A stretch of DNA of 60,672 nucleotides, taken from Macrostomum lignano. Its lineage: Eukaryota. Positions within the stretch are counted from its first letter, which is position 1; each line of letters opens with the position of its first letter. The notes under the pieces are model-generated. The model was not told the DNA's origin. It was given only the letters and a program-made list of their open reading frames with translations, and did not search any database. A program made the translations under genes and the position numbers. The stretch covers positions 1-60,672 of the forward strand of contig NIVC01001266.1 of the NCBI GenBank assembly GCA_002269645.1, in the 5' to 3' direction. Positions 47,261-58,904 of the stretch are shown piece by piece.

Positions 47261-47676
47261 ATTCGATTTAGGCCACCAAGTGCTCTATATAAACACAAAA
47301 AACTTAAACATATATGCAACATGAATTTCGATGAAGTACGCAGTGCGAATTCGCAAGCAGGTATATCCTTATATCCAGTTAATTAAACATTCTCTTGGCT
47401 GGTTTCCAAATTTTTATTAGACTTTACCCATAGAAACTGCAGAGTACAGTAAATGAATATAAAAATTTTTTATAACAGATAAAAGTTACTATTCAATACA
47501 TGCGATTTTAATAACAAGCTATTGGTACTCGTAAGGATTAAGGATATCACTATAGAAATTTGTGGTAACAATACATGTTTTATATAAGCATTCGCATAGT
47601 TATATATTTTATTAGTTGCCGTGCAGGGAAGGCAGGCAAACTCCACCCCATGATGGCCGCTGTCGGCATCATCTCG

Positions 47677-49006
47677 TCAGTACTCCGGCGTCTTGAACAC
47701 AATGAACACCTGCTTGCCGATCTGGAACACAATGGAGTAAGCCGGCTCGTGACCATAGTAACACCAGAACTGGCCCTGAGCAATAATCACATGCCACAGC
47801 TGGTTGCACTGCCGGTCCAAGTTGGTCTTGGCTTGTTTGGGCACGTCCTTGTAATTGCATTGCACGCCAGGTGAGAACGTGGGATTGCGGTTCAAGGAGG
47901 TTACATTTAATTGTAGTTACTCCTAACCACTTCTCATCTCTCACTACTCACTAATCTCGTCTCTCCCGTCGCCCCTAAATTTAATTTATAACTCTTTTTC
48001 ATTTCTAATTCTCTTATCCACTCTGTCTCAGCTCGCTAATGTAATCTCATTTCTTCCCTCTAATACGCTTATATGTACAACTACTTCTCACCTCAACTTC
48101 TCTATCTGGGCTATATTTCGCCAATCTTACATGTACTTATCTTCCGCCTCTCCCTTTCCACCTCTCTCTCACCCATCTCCCTCCCACTCTCACCCATCTA
48201 GCTCCCTCTCATTCTCACCCATCTCCATCTGACCTATCTCCCTCTCACCCATCTCCCTCCCACTCTCACCTCCCATCTAGCTCCCTCTCATTCTCACCCA
48301 TCTCCATCTGACCTATCTCCCTCTCACCCATCTCCCTCTCACCCATCTCCCTCTCACCCATCTCCCTCTCACCCATCTCCCTCTCACCCATCTCCCTCTC
48401 ACCCATCTCCCTCTCACCCATCTCCCTCTCACCCATCTCCCTCTCACCCATCTCCCTCTCACCCATCTCTCTCTCACTCTCACCCATCTCCCTCTCACCC
48501 ATCTCCCTCTCACCCATCTCCCTCTCACTCATCTCCCTCTCACCCATCTCCCTCTCACCCATCTCCCTCTCATTTTCACCCATACATGTATCCCTCTCAC
48601 TCTCACCCATACATGTATCCCTTTCAATCTCACCCATCTCCCCCTCGGAACTCACGCTCATCTTGGCGCACTCTCTCAGCGCCTCCTTGACAATGTTAAC
48701 GACCCGGACCTGCCACTCGAGCCCCATGTCGCCGCTGATGACCACCACATCATCTGGCAGGCTGTTGCTGCTGGCAGCATTGGACCTGGCCTGCTCTTGA
48801 ATCTCGCGAGCATTGAGCCCGAGTACGTCGCAGAAGGCGTCAAGCTGAATCACTCCGGTGTTGTCCGGGTCGAACAGTTTCTGCCATTTGCGCACAAATG
48901 ATTCGTCATAGTTCTGCTTGCGCATGTAGACGTTCAGATCGTCTGACGTGATGTAGCCGCGGCCCAGACGGTCGATGGCGAGCCAAGCCTCCTTGAATGC
49001 CTCCAT
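47677..49006 (-). CDS. Tegumental allergen-like (TAL) protein: two EF-hands plus a dynein-light-chain-like domain, 2 exons, ~173 aa
   Basis: Exon 1 is 49006-48656 (AIDRLGRGYITSDDL; LFDPDNTGVIQLDAFC; LPDDVVVISGDMGLEWQVRV), with donor agc|gtgagt. Exon 2 is 47847-47677 (DVPKQAKTNLDRQCNQLWHVIIAQGQFWCYYGHEPAYSIVFQIGKQVFIVFKTPEY*). The intron holds a 15-bp repeat. Confidence 0.88.
48140..48640. repeat. 15-bp minisatellite in the TAL intron
   Basis: (ctcacccatctccct)n. Confidence 0.93.
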
Positions 49007-50954
49007 TAATAGTTTTGGTATTATATTTTAGAAATCTTTTTACGCTTGATTTTTTGCAAGAAATTCAAATAAAGCGCAATTCTTTATATACACATGTGAT
49101 TGTGCTTTACAAGTAATATACATTCCAAACGGATTGGCTGCTCGCTGGGTGGGCTTCCTAATTAGGAAGGATTCGGTTTGATTCACTCCGGAATTTTTCT
49201 ATTTTACGAGTTTTTAAGAATTTAAATAATAATTAGTAAACTCAATACACTACTGACTTCAGTTGAGTAGGTAGAGATGAAAATTTTAGGAGTATATTTC
49301 GTATTGAGAGAATAAATAAAATTGATTGTTTAAATAGGGCCTATGCTAAACGTAATCTTCATTTAAACCATTTAGAAAACAGAACTATCGCTCTTTACCA
49401 CATAATTCATTCTTGAATTGGTCTTTCTTAATTTTCATTGTCATTGAAAAACTCACAAGACTTAAATTAAGAGACTACATGTACCCCAATACTCGGGACG
49501 GGAGTTTCCAATTGTATTTTCATAATGATTTTGAACTAACTAGTCGTTTAACAAGTCTATAGTCGTTTTAGGCGTGATTTACCGTATGTGTTTATAGCTT
49601 AGTGTTTTTTATTAGCTCGTAGTACTCGTGTACTATTAATAATGCAAAGTACGAAGGGTGTTTCAAAAGAAACAAACGATAATGCGACTCATTCGCCTTC
49701 ACAAGGATAGATTTGTGGTCAAATATTACTGCAGACCATAGCTATATGTATACTGTGTTACTGTGTAAATAACGACAGTACTACTCGTAGTTTGCCGATC
49801 TCTGCTGTAGAGGCTGTGACGGCAGCCTTGAAGAATGATCAATCAAATCATTAAATTACGCTCGTACATTTGCGTGATCCCTGATACTAGAGAAAGAATT
49901 CGAATAAATACAGGTCTGAGATTACTGCATGTAAAAGACGCAGCTAAATGTGGTGGAGTGGACCTGAAAAGGGCCGTTTTAGCGTTTAATTTCAATGCCA
50001 GTAATGATTAATGAACAATGGTATGCTACATGTATTTATGCAATTACCATGCTTATTTTATGCTTATCGTGCAGCATACTTGTTTTTTCTGCAGAATGCA
50101 ATAGCTGGACTTTTTCAGAGCATTAAAATTCAATTCAGAATATTTCACTTTGAAGTCCGAACCGAATGCAATAACCGTGTTGTAACCACAACCAGCAACT
50201 GAGCAACCACGTTTCATTATTCAGGAAAAGCTACCGGCAACGGCAAGCGGGCAAATTTCGGCAAAATATAAGTTGTATAAATGCATGTATCTCTAGTATT
50301 AATTCCAGAGGTCCCAAATCCCAAAACTCAGTTTACGCTTGAGCCTGGAAACCATCATTTAGAATAAACGACTGTTGCTCACCGCTTCTTTTTGAAACAT
50401 TTTTTTTAACTGACATGACAAGCTCAAGAATCACACTTATTAAAGTTGCTGGAGAGGAGCTGAAAACTTAATATCGTGAAATGGCCTACATATAATATCC
50501 ATAAGGCAGTGCTTATTCCCACGGTACCGACAGCAATTATTCCTACGGTACCGTGGGGATAAACACTGCCTATCCGGTCCATAATCAGAACTGTACCGTA
50601 CATACAGTAGTTCGAGTTTGTGTAGACATATTACAGACAACATACGTGAGAGTACTTAGTTGAGTATAATCTTTAGTTTAGTATCAATAGAATTCGATTG
50701 ATGATCAAATTTTAACTGAAGGACTCTGTTCTGTTTTTCCTCTACGGCTACAGCTAGCCTACAGAAAAATGGTAATTTTGGGGTGACAACTCACTACGCT
50801 TACGGAAAACGGAATAAAATTTTTGAATATGGCTACGGCACTTGAACCCCCTCACGGCACTAGACTCGTTCAATTAAAATGGCCTTTAAAACAATTATTA
50901 CTAGGCCCCTAACCTATGTATGTTTTAAGACTGCAATGTAGAGCACAATTTGAA

Positions 50955-50981
50955 TGTGGTGGCCCTGAAAAGGGCCGTTTT
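50955..50981 (-). terminator. Histone 3' stem-loop of H2B
   Basis: Minus strand AAAAC-GGCCCTTTTCAGGGCC-ACCACA, about 100 nt after the stop codon. Confidence 0.93.
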
Positions 50982-51077
50982 AGCGTTCATTGTAGCGTTA
51001 AGCTATACGACAGCTGCCACCGGAGCCAGAGCGGACGTCGCGGTAGACCAGCGTATAGTCTGTCAGTGACAGACCGA

Positions 51078-51443
51078 TTACTTGGCACTGGTGTACTTGG
51101 TGACGGCCTTGGTGCCCTCGCTGACGGCGTGCTTAGCCAGCTCACCAGGCAGGAGCAGACGGACAGCAGTCTGGATCTCCCGGCTGCTGATGGTGCTGCG
51201 CTTGTTGTAGTGAGCCAGACGGCTGGCCTCACCGGCGATGCGCTCGAACACATCATTAACGAAGCTGTTCATGATCATCATGGCCTTGCTGGAGATGCCA
51301 GTGTCGGGGTGCACCTGACGGAGCACCTTGTAGATGTAGATGGCGTAGGACTCCTTCCTCCTGCGCTTCCTCTTCTTGTCAGTCTTCGGGGCCTTAGCCT
51401 TGCTGGCCTTCTTGGCAGCCTTTCCACTGACCTTCGGCGGCAT
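51078..51443 (-). CDS. H2B: Histone H2B (replication-dependent)
   Basis: 121-aa canonical H2B fold ([50 protein letters not shown]). Intronless, with a stem-loop. Confidence 0.98.
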   Translation of the reverse strand: MPPKVSGKAAKKASKAKAPKTDKKRKRRRKESYAIYIYKVLRQVHPDTGISSKAMMIMNSFVNDVFERIAGEASRLAHYNKRSTISSREIQTAVRLLLPGELAKHAVSEGTKAVTKYTSAK

Positions 51444-51526
51444 GATTTAATGCAGACGGAGTTTGACAGAGGGATTGTTTAAGATCAGTCGACGAGTGAT
51501 GAGGAATCAAGGGTACCAAGCTTTTT

Positions 51527-51596
51527 CTATTTATAACCCCAACAAAGAAACCAAGCTCGAAAATTGTCAACGATCGATAATTGTTTCCTGACCAAT
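51527..51596 (-). promoter_or_regulatory. H2B core promoter (TATA box, CCAAT)
   Basis: Minus strand TATAAATAG at ~51527-51535 and a CCAAT at ~51592-51596. Confidence 0.55.
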
Positions 51597-52569
51597 GGGA
51601 GCGAAGCAGGCTTTAGGAACCTTAGTTGAGTGAGGAATCTTGAAGACAGCACTGGATGTATTTCATACTCTACTGTCAATAGAAATATATGTTCATTTCT
51701 GTCAGGCCGCTGTTTGGGATTAAGAAACACTAAGACCAGAACAGGGTCTATCAAGCTTAGCAGCAAATTGCAGCAAAAAAGTAAAAAGTTTACGCCAAAT
51801 TACACCGTCCTTCCATTTCATGCTTTCAAGTGATTCAAGCGTAATAATTGGGCCACGTACAAACCAATATTTTTTTATAAAGTCCATCATTTTATCATTT
51901 ACGCTTTTGATAGCTTTGGCTGCTTTGCTCCGAACAAAATTATCTTATCGTTCTTGTACTCGCATTTAAAGTGACTCTACGAATCGACTTCTAATAAGAG
52001 TCTTCTCAGACTACAAGAATCTACGAGTCTTCTAATGAGAATTCAAATAGTTATAAAACGAGCATAAAGGCAAGAGTCGACTATAAGAAATCATGGCCCT
52101 GAAAAGGGCCGTTTTTGCGTTTTAGGAAAGGCATAAATGTTTGCTTAGCTTTCTAAGTACAGACACTACCCTGTGTCACCCCAACTTTTTGAGTCAAGTA
52201 AAGTCTCATCCGATTTTTTTTTAAACTTGATATGGCTTCCGTCTGATCTAACCGGGTTTTGATAATTTCTGTTTTAGCTTCAAAGCAGAATTACATTTTC
52301 CACAGCTCACTGAAACTTCGTAAAAGTAGTTTTTAGTCTGAAACTTTGGTTTGGCATAAATAAAGATTTTTTTCTATTTTTTACACTTTACAGGAAGCAA
52401 CAGCACTTATGAATTGATTAATGAAAAATGAAGCCAGTTTAGTCTTTGTACCTAGAAACTTATTGAATTATCAAAAAGTTCATAAATAACTTTTGACCCT
52501 ACTGTAAGTAGAGTACAAAATAAACGTTTAGAAAAATACTGTTGACCAAAAATAAAATATTCGACTCCA

Positions 52570-52638
52570 GCCAATGAAGAACCATCTTGACGACCAGGCC
52601 GTTGCTAAGATAATTTTTGGTTTTCGCGAGCTATAAAA
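52570..52638 (+). promoter_or_regulatory. H2A core promoter (CCAAT, TATA box)
   Basis: gccaatg at ~52570 and ctataaaa at 52631-52638. Confidence 0.6.
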
Positions 52639-52723
52639 ACTTTCACAAACATTTTCAGAACATATCAAAGCATTTCAATATCCAGAGTTCTCCTTTAGCA
52701 TCTCATCTAATCAATCAGTCATC

Positions 52724-53095
52724 ATGAGCGGACGCGGCAAAGGCGGCAAGACCAAGGCCAAGGCCAGGACCAAGTCCTCCCGCGCTGGACTACAGTTCCC
52801 AGTCGGTCGCATCCACCGTCTGCTGCGCAAAGGCAACTACGCTGAACGCGTGGGCGCCGGCTCTCCCGTGTACATGGCCGCCGTGCTGGAGTATCTCGCC
52901 GCTGAAGTACTCGAACTGGCTGGTAACGCTGCTCGGGACAACAAGAAGACTCGCATCATTCCGCGTCACCTTCAGCTGGCTATCCGCAATGACGAGGAGC
53001 TGAACAAACTGCTCAGCGGTGTCACCGTGGCTCAGGGCGGCGTCCTGCCGAACATCCAGGCTGTCCTGCTGCCCAAGAAGACCAAGAGTAACTGA
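52724..53095 (+). CDS. H2A: Histone H2A (replication-dependent)
   Basis: 123 aa: [38 protein letters not shown]. There is no SQ(E/D) tail, so it is not H2A.X. Intronless. Confidence 0.98.
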   Translation: MSGRGKGGKTKAKARTKSSRAGLQFPVGRIHRLLRKGNYAERVGAGSPVYMAAVLEYLAAEVLELAGNAARDNKKTRIIPRHLQLAIRNDEELNKLLSGVTVAQGGVLPNIQAVLLPKKTKSN

Positions 53096-53183
53096 ACGCA
53101 ACGCATCGCATGCTTCTTCTTCGTCTCTGGCTCTTCTTTCTTCTGCCGTCTTTTAAGAACTAGACCGCAGCTTTTTGAACGCT

Positions 53184-53210
53184 AAAACGGCCCTTTTCAG
53201 GGCCACCACA
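53184..53210 (+). terminator. Histone 3' stem-loop of H2A
   Basis: AAAAC-GGCCCTTTTCAGGGCC-ACCACA. Confidence 0.93.
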
Positions 53211-53999
53211 TCTAAATGTGCCTATACATTCGTCGATTCGGTGAAAATGTGTTGGTCAACTCACTTGACTCGCTTTCCCAAGTTCACAACTTCATTACCA
53301 TTCGCCATCCTCTGCTCCCCTATTATGCCATGTTCTGCCTCCCCATCTGCCATCCTCTGCTTCCTTTTCTCTGTGTGTTGGGCTGTTCGAATTCGAAGAC
53401 AGCGTCATACATGTAAGCTCAATAGTCGAACTCGAAGATTCGAAACTTCATAGCACAGAATTCTTGTAAGTTGTAAGCTATCATAGCGGATATTGCTAGC
53501 AAGAGTTTGATTTATTGATTGATACATGTAATTTGATGTGTCAAGCTTATCTGCTTTCGATCCGTCATGCCGCTATCCTCCGCTCCCCCATCCACCGCCA
53601 TCCTCAGCTTCCCATCCGCCGTCCTCAGCTTCCCCATGCGCCATCCTCCGCTCAGTCTCCTGCCTCCCCATTCGCAAGCGAATTTCCACCTAATTTTTAA
53701 TGACTACATCGATCTATACAGTAGTATAGCTTTTCCAAGTGGCGAATGCATTTTTTGCATAAGGAAAGACACTGAGATTTTATGTATATTCCATTCCAGC
53801 TACATGTAGTTTACATTTGTGTACATGCATGACTTGTACATAAAAATATAATTTTACTGCCATAGGGCCAAAAAAATAATTTTTTACTGTAAAAGCAAAA
53901 ACAACTATCAAAAGTTACTTTAGACTTCCACTTAAAATTTAGAAAACTCAGCTGGATAAGCTCGGTATTTATTTCACATGCACTTGCTACTACAAAAAA

Positions 54000-54300
54000 G
54001 TAATAATAATATAATTGATTACACCTACCCTAACGGGCAGACGTGCAACCGACAGCTCAGCCGCAGCTATTGCGTGGCGCATCTGAAGGCTGCGTGGCTG
54101 CTCGCTGCAAGGACTGGGGGGTCGCCCTGCCACTCACCCTCAATTTACCCCAGCTAATGCTGGCACCCATTTTACAGCTGGGTTGAACTGAAGCAATGCA
54201 GAGTTTTCTTGCTCAAGGACGCAACTTATTTTTCCAGTGGGATCGGGAATCGAACCCCAGACCTTCAAGTCGTGAGTCCGACGCTCTAACCGCGCTAACC
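54000..54300 (-). mobile_element. tRNA-derived SINE with a CORE-like central domain
   Basis: Minus strand head ggttagcgcggttagagcg...ggttcgattcccga (A and B boxes). It is followed by gttgcgtccttgagcaag..gcttcagttcaacccagctgtaaaatggg, which resembles the MIR CORE (tgtgaccttgggcaag..gcctcagtttcctcatctgtaaaatggg). A (tta)n-like tail ends it. Confidence 0.75.
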
Positions 54301-55345
54301 CCCTCACTAGGCTACAACCCCCTGGCTACAACCCCCTCACTAGGCTACAATTTCCTCACTAGGCTACAATTTCCTCACTAGGCTACAATTTCCTCACTAG
54401 GCTACAATTTCCTCACTAGGCTACAACCCCCTGGCTACAACCCCCTCACTAGGCTACAATTTCCTCACTAGGTTACAACCCCCTGGCTACAACCCCCTCA
54501 CTAGGCTACAATTTCCTCAATAGGCTAAAATTTCCTCACTAGGCTACAACCCCCTGGCTACAACCCCCTCACTAGGCTACAATTTCCTCAATAGGCTAAA
54601 ATTTCCTCACTAGGCTACAACCCCCTGGCTACAACCCCCTGGCTACAACCCCCTGGCTACAACCCCCTGGCTACAACCCCCTGGCTACAACCCCCTGGCT
54701 ACAACCCCCTGGCTACAACCCCCTGGCTACAACCCCCTGGCTACAACCCCCTGGCTACAACCCCTGGCTACAACCCCCTGGCTACAACCCCCTGGCTACA
54801 ACCCCCTGGCTACAACCCCCTGGCTACAACCCCCTGGCTACAACCCCCTGGCTACAACCCCCTGGCTACAACCCCCTGGCTACAACCCCCTGGCTACAAC
54901 CCCCTGGCTACAACCCCCTGGCTACAACCCCCTGGCTACAACCCCTGGCTACAACCCCTGGCTACAACCCCCTGGCTACAACCCCCTGGCTACAACCCCC
55001 TGGCTACAACCCCCTGGCTACAACCCCCTGGCTACAACCCCCTGGCTACAACCCCCTGGCTACAACCCCCTGGCTACAACCCCCTGGCTACAACCCCCTG
55101 GCTACAACCCCCTGGCTACAACCCCCTGGCTACAACCCCCTGGCTACAACCCCCTGGCTACAACCCCCTGGCTACAACCCCCTGGCTACAACCCCCTGGC
55201 TACAACCCCCTCACTAGGCTACAATTTCCTCACTAGGTTACAACCCCCCTCATTAGGCTACCTGTACAACCCCCTGGCCACAACCCCCTCACTAGGCTAT
55301 ACAAAATTAACCTCCTCACTATACTGTATAGGCTACAACCCCCTC
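54301..55345. repeat. 15-bp minisatellite
   Basis: (ggctacaaccccct)n-type units with cactaggctacaatttcct variants. Confidence 0.95.
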
Positions 55346-55541
55346 CCTTGGCAACAACCCCGTACTACTGTACATACTGTAATTATATAGGCTACTACAT
55401 GTACATACATGAAACATGTATACATGTATGTACATTTACTACTACTACTGTACTACATTTACGGTGTGTGTTCAGTCGTACTAAAATTGAAATCAGTCGC
55501 AAACTGTCGCTCGTAATTGTTCATAAACTGATTTCCTCGAA

Positions 55542-57044
55542 TCAGTCGCTATCATCATCACTGTCATCCATTGGCGTCGACCATGAGATGGACATTAATT
55601 GTCCAGTAGGCGGTCGCTCAGCTGCTGACGTCACGGCAGAGGAGGCCAGCGCAAGGCCCAGCTGCAGCACGCCGCCCATAATATTTCGCAGAAATTGCTC
55701 CTTCTGCCTGCTTTCGTCACTTTCTCGCTGTTGAGCCATTACTTGACTCTCCATCTCGCGCCGCTCCTGCTCTCTCGTCTCCTTTTCCCTTCGCTCCGCC
55801 TCTTCCGCTTTCTTGCGCTCCGCTTCCTCCGCCCTCCTCCTCTCGGCCTCCAACTCCAAGGAGGTGTACTTTCGGCCTCCTTTGCTGGCAACCAGACCCT
55901 CAGCCTTGGACAGCAGAGTTTCGATCTGTCTGTTCTGAACAGCTCTGTCGCACCGTCTGCCATTGTCCACCAGGGCGAACCGATTGCCGCATCTTGTGAG
56001 CAGCTGGTCCAGGTATTGGATCTTCTTCCTGTGTTTTAGGTTACATGTATTCAAAAGTTACGTGTAATGTGTTCCACTGATGATTAAATATACATTTATT
56101 TATCATATAAATGTACCGTGATGCTGGTCCGTGTCGCGACGATAAAAAGGCGTGTTCCAACAGAGGGCACCTACATGTACATGTAATTATTTGAGAAAGA
56201 GGCGGTTCACTACATGTACATGTAGCTCTTTAAGGACTGCTGTTGCTCTGACAGCTGCATGTTGGATATGGTAAAATATGAAACGCTCCGACCTTGCTCT
56301 CGAGGGGTTCAAACCGTGCTGAGTAAAATTTAGCAACTGTACAACTATTGACACACCCTGAGTTACGGTGAAATAAACGGGATCCTATCCTACAGCGAGA
56401 AAGCGCCGCTATCATACGTACATCGCTAGCTTCCGCTTCCAGACTAATTTGACTCATCGCGATCGCTACGGCCCGGCCCCACCCAACTTGTTAACTTGCT
56501 TCTACAGGGTACAAGCTCCAAATGAGTAGTCTGATTCAGACAATACAGCTGTAAACGGTATTGCATGAGTTTTGAACGAACTGCACCTGATCTCCTGCAG
56601 CTCATTGCGAAACTCGGTCTCATTGTTGTCAAACTCGTCTCCGTGGCTAAACACAACGATGGCGTGCTTGTAGAACTCAGCGCCGAACATCTCAGCGACC
56701 ACCTCGATGGCCCGCCTCTCCTCGGCCGTGAACCGAGCGTCGCACTTCAGCACCACCAGGAAGATGTCGAATCCCTCCGGACAGAAGCTGATGGCTCTCC
56801 GGATCTCCGTCTTGGCCTTCTCCTCGTCTGCGACGTCCATGGTTCCAGGGGTGTCGACCACAGTGAGGTCGCGACCTCTGGCGTGAGTTGAGATGCACTT
56901 GCAGTGCGCAGTGCCAGACAGCATGCCGCGGCCCACCTGGAACTCCTTGGTGTCCAGCAAGGCGTTCGCCAACGAGCTCTTTCCGCTTCCGGTCTTGCTG
57001 ACGAGAAGCATTGCTGTTTTTCTAGCTTCTTTGCTCATGGCCAT
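55542..57044 (-). CDS. AIG1/GIMAP-family GTPase, 2 exons, ~314 aa
   Basis: Exon 1 is 57044-56587 and exon 2 is 56028-55542, joined in phase 2 (ag|gtgcag ... cacag|g). It has G1 VSKTGSGKSS, G3 VVDTPG, RFTAEE, G4 VVFSHGD, LLTRCGNRFALVDN, a coiled coil and a hydrophobic C-terminal stretch. A candidate upstream acceptor is ttttcag|aaaaATG. Confidence 0.9.
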
Positions 57045-57639
57045 TTTTCTGAAAAATTTCCTGTTACAGAATGATGGTGATGACTCAGTACTGAATTTAG
57101 GCTCTGTGCGTAAAATTTGGCTATATATACAGAAAAAATCGTTCCTAGTTAAACAGTCGCAAGTATTTCTCATTATGAAGTATTTCCCATTTGCGGCTAT
57201 TTAACTAGGAACGAATTTTTGTCTGTACGCTCGTATGTACGCTCCTTTGTACGCTAGTATGTACGCTCCTTTGTACGCTCGTATATAGCGCCAATTTTAA
57301 GCACACAGCCAAAATTCAGCAGTTACTCAGTAATATTTTTAGAAGCGCCAGTCCCGTCATGCATAATTTTATAATAGCAGCAGCTGGTCCCTTCGAATCG
57401 TATTGTGTTTCGTTAATTATAATTAACATAGACAGTTCTTTACCGAGTGACCGAAATACAATTAAACTGTACTAATTCTTGATACAACGCAAATGCACGA
57501 GCTACCTTAGAGTCTGGAATCTGGGTTAGACTAGGTTTCCTACGCATAAAGTATAGGATGTATCAAAATAAAATCACAAAATCAGAATTCGGACCGAATG
57601 TAATTATCTACATTGAATGATAAAGGTGCATGATCAGAT

Positions 57640-58530
57640 GGGCTGAAGGATCAGATGGGGTGAGGAATCAGATGGGGTGAGGGATCAGATGGGGTGAGGG
57701 ATCAGATGGGGTGAGGAATCAGATGGGGTGAGGGATCAGATGGGGTGAGGAATCAGATGGGGTGAGGGATCAGATGGGGTGAGGAATCAGATGGGGTGAG
57801 GGATCAGATGGGGTGAGGAATCAGATGGGGTGAGGGATCAGATGGGGTGAGGAATCAGATGGGGTGAGGGATCAGATGGGGTGAGGAATCAGGTGGGGTG
57901 ATGGATCAGATGGGGTGACAGATCAGATGGGGTGAGGAATCAGATGGGGTGAGGAATCAGGTGGGGTGATGGATCAGATGGGGTGACAGATCAGATGGGG
58001 TGAGGAATCAGATGGGGTGAGGAATCAGGTGGGGTGATGGATCAGATGGGGTGACGGATCAGATGGGGTGACGGATCAGATGGGGTGAGGGATCAGATGG
58101 GGTGAGGAATCAGATGGGGTGAGGGATCAGATGGGGTGAGGAATCAGATGGGGTGAGGGATCAGATGGGGTGAGGAATCAGATGGGGTGAGGGATCAGAT
58201 GGGGTGAGGAATCAGATGGGGTGAGGGATCAGATGGGGTGAGGAATCAGATGGGGTGAGGGATCAGATGGGGTGAGGAATCAGGTGGGGTGATGGATCAG
58301 ATGGGGTGACAGATCAGATGGGGTGAGGAATCAGATGGGGTGAGGAATCAGGTGGGGTGATGGATCAGATGGGGTGACAGATCAGATGGGGTGAGGAATC
58401 AGATGGGGTGAGGAATCAGGTGGGGTGATGGATCAGATGGGGTGACGGATCAGATGGGGTGACGGATCAGATGGGGTGAGGAATCAGGTGGGGTGATGGA
58501 TCAGATGGGGTGACGGATCAGACGGGGTGA
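57640..58530. repeat. ~19-20-bp G-rich minisatellite upstream of GIMAP copy 1
   Basis: (gatcagatggggtgagga)n variants. Confidence 0.95.
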
Positions 58531-58904
58531 AGATCAAACAAATTTGGCAGAGCCTTTTTCAGATGCGCATGTAACACAAGTGTGATTTCAATCATCAATC
58601 ATTCAATGAACCAGTGAAGTTCCAAAAATTTTATTTCCAAGTGTTCCAGCTTCAATGATATAAACAATGTACTTCTGCCCGAAATTCAAAATAACTATAG
58701 CGGGCAATTTTGCATGTGGTTTAGAGGAATTTAGATCCTTAATCCAGAAAATTTGAACTGTAGTACAAATACGAGCTTTCTAGTGGTTTCTATAAGTGCA
58801 TGTAGAAAGGTTACATTAAAAAACTACAGGCCAAATTTGAGAGTTTTCAATGTTTCGATTGTTGCAATGTGATGCTTGATCAGGCGGCCAGTCCGGCAGG
58901 TGTC

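Noticed and set aside
54233-54300. Possible tRNA-Val(CAC) gene
   Set aside because: There is no proper acceptor stem, and it continues directly into a CORE-like SINE body. It is a SINE head. The same applies to the tRNA-like ends at 15781-15844 and 16577-16634.
54301-55200. 15-bp repeat (ccccctggctac) resembling the MITE TIR at 2542-2557
   Set aside because: Only ~10 low-complexity bases are shared, with no paired TIR or TSD. This is probably coincidental.
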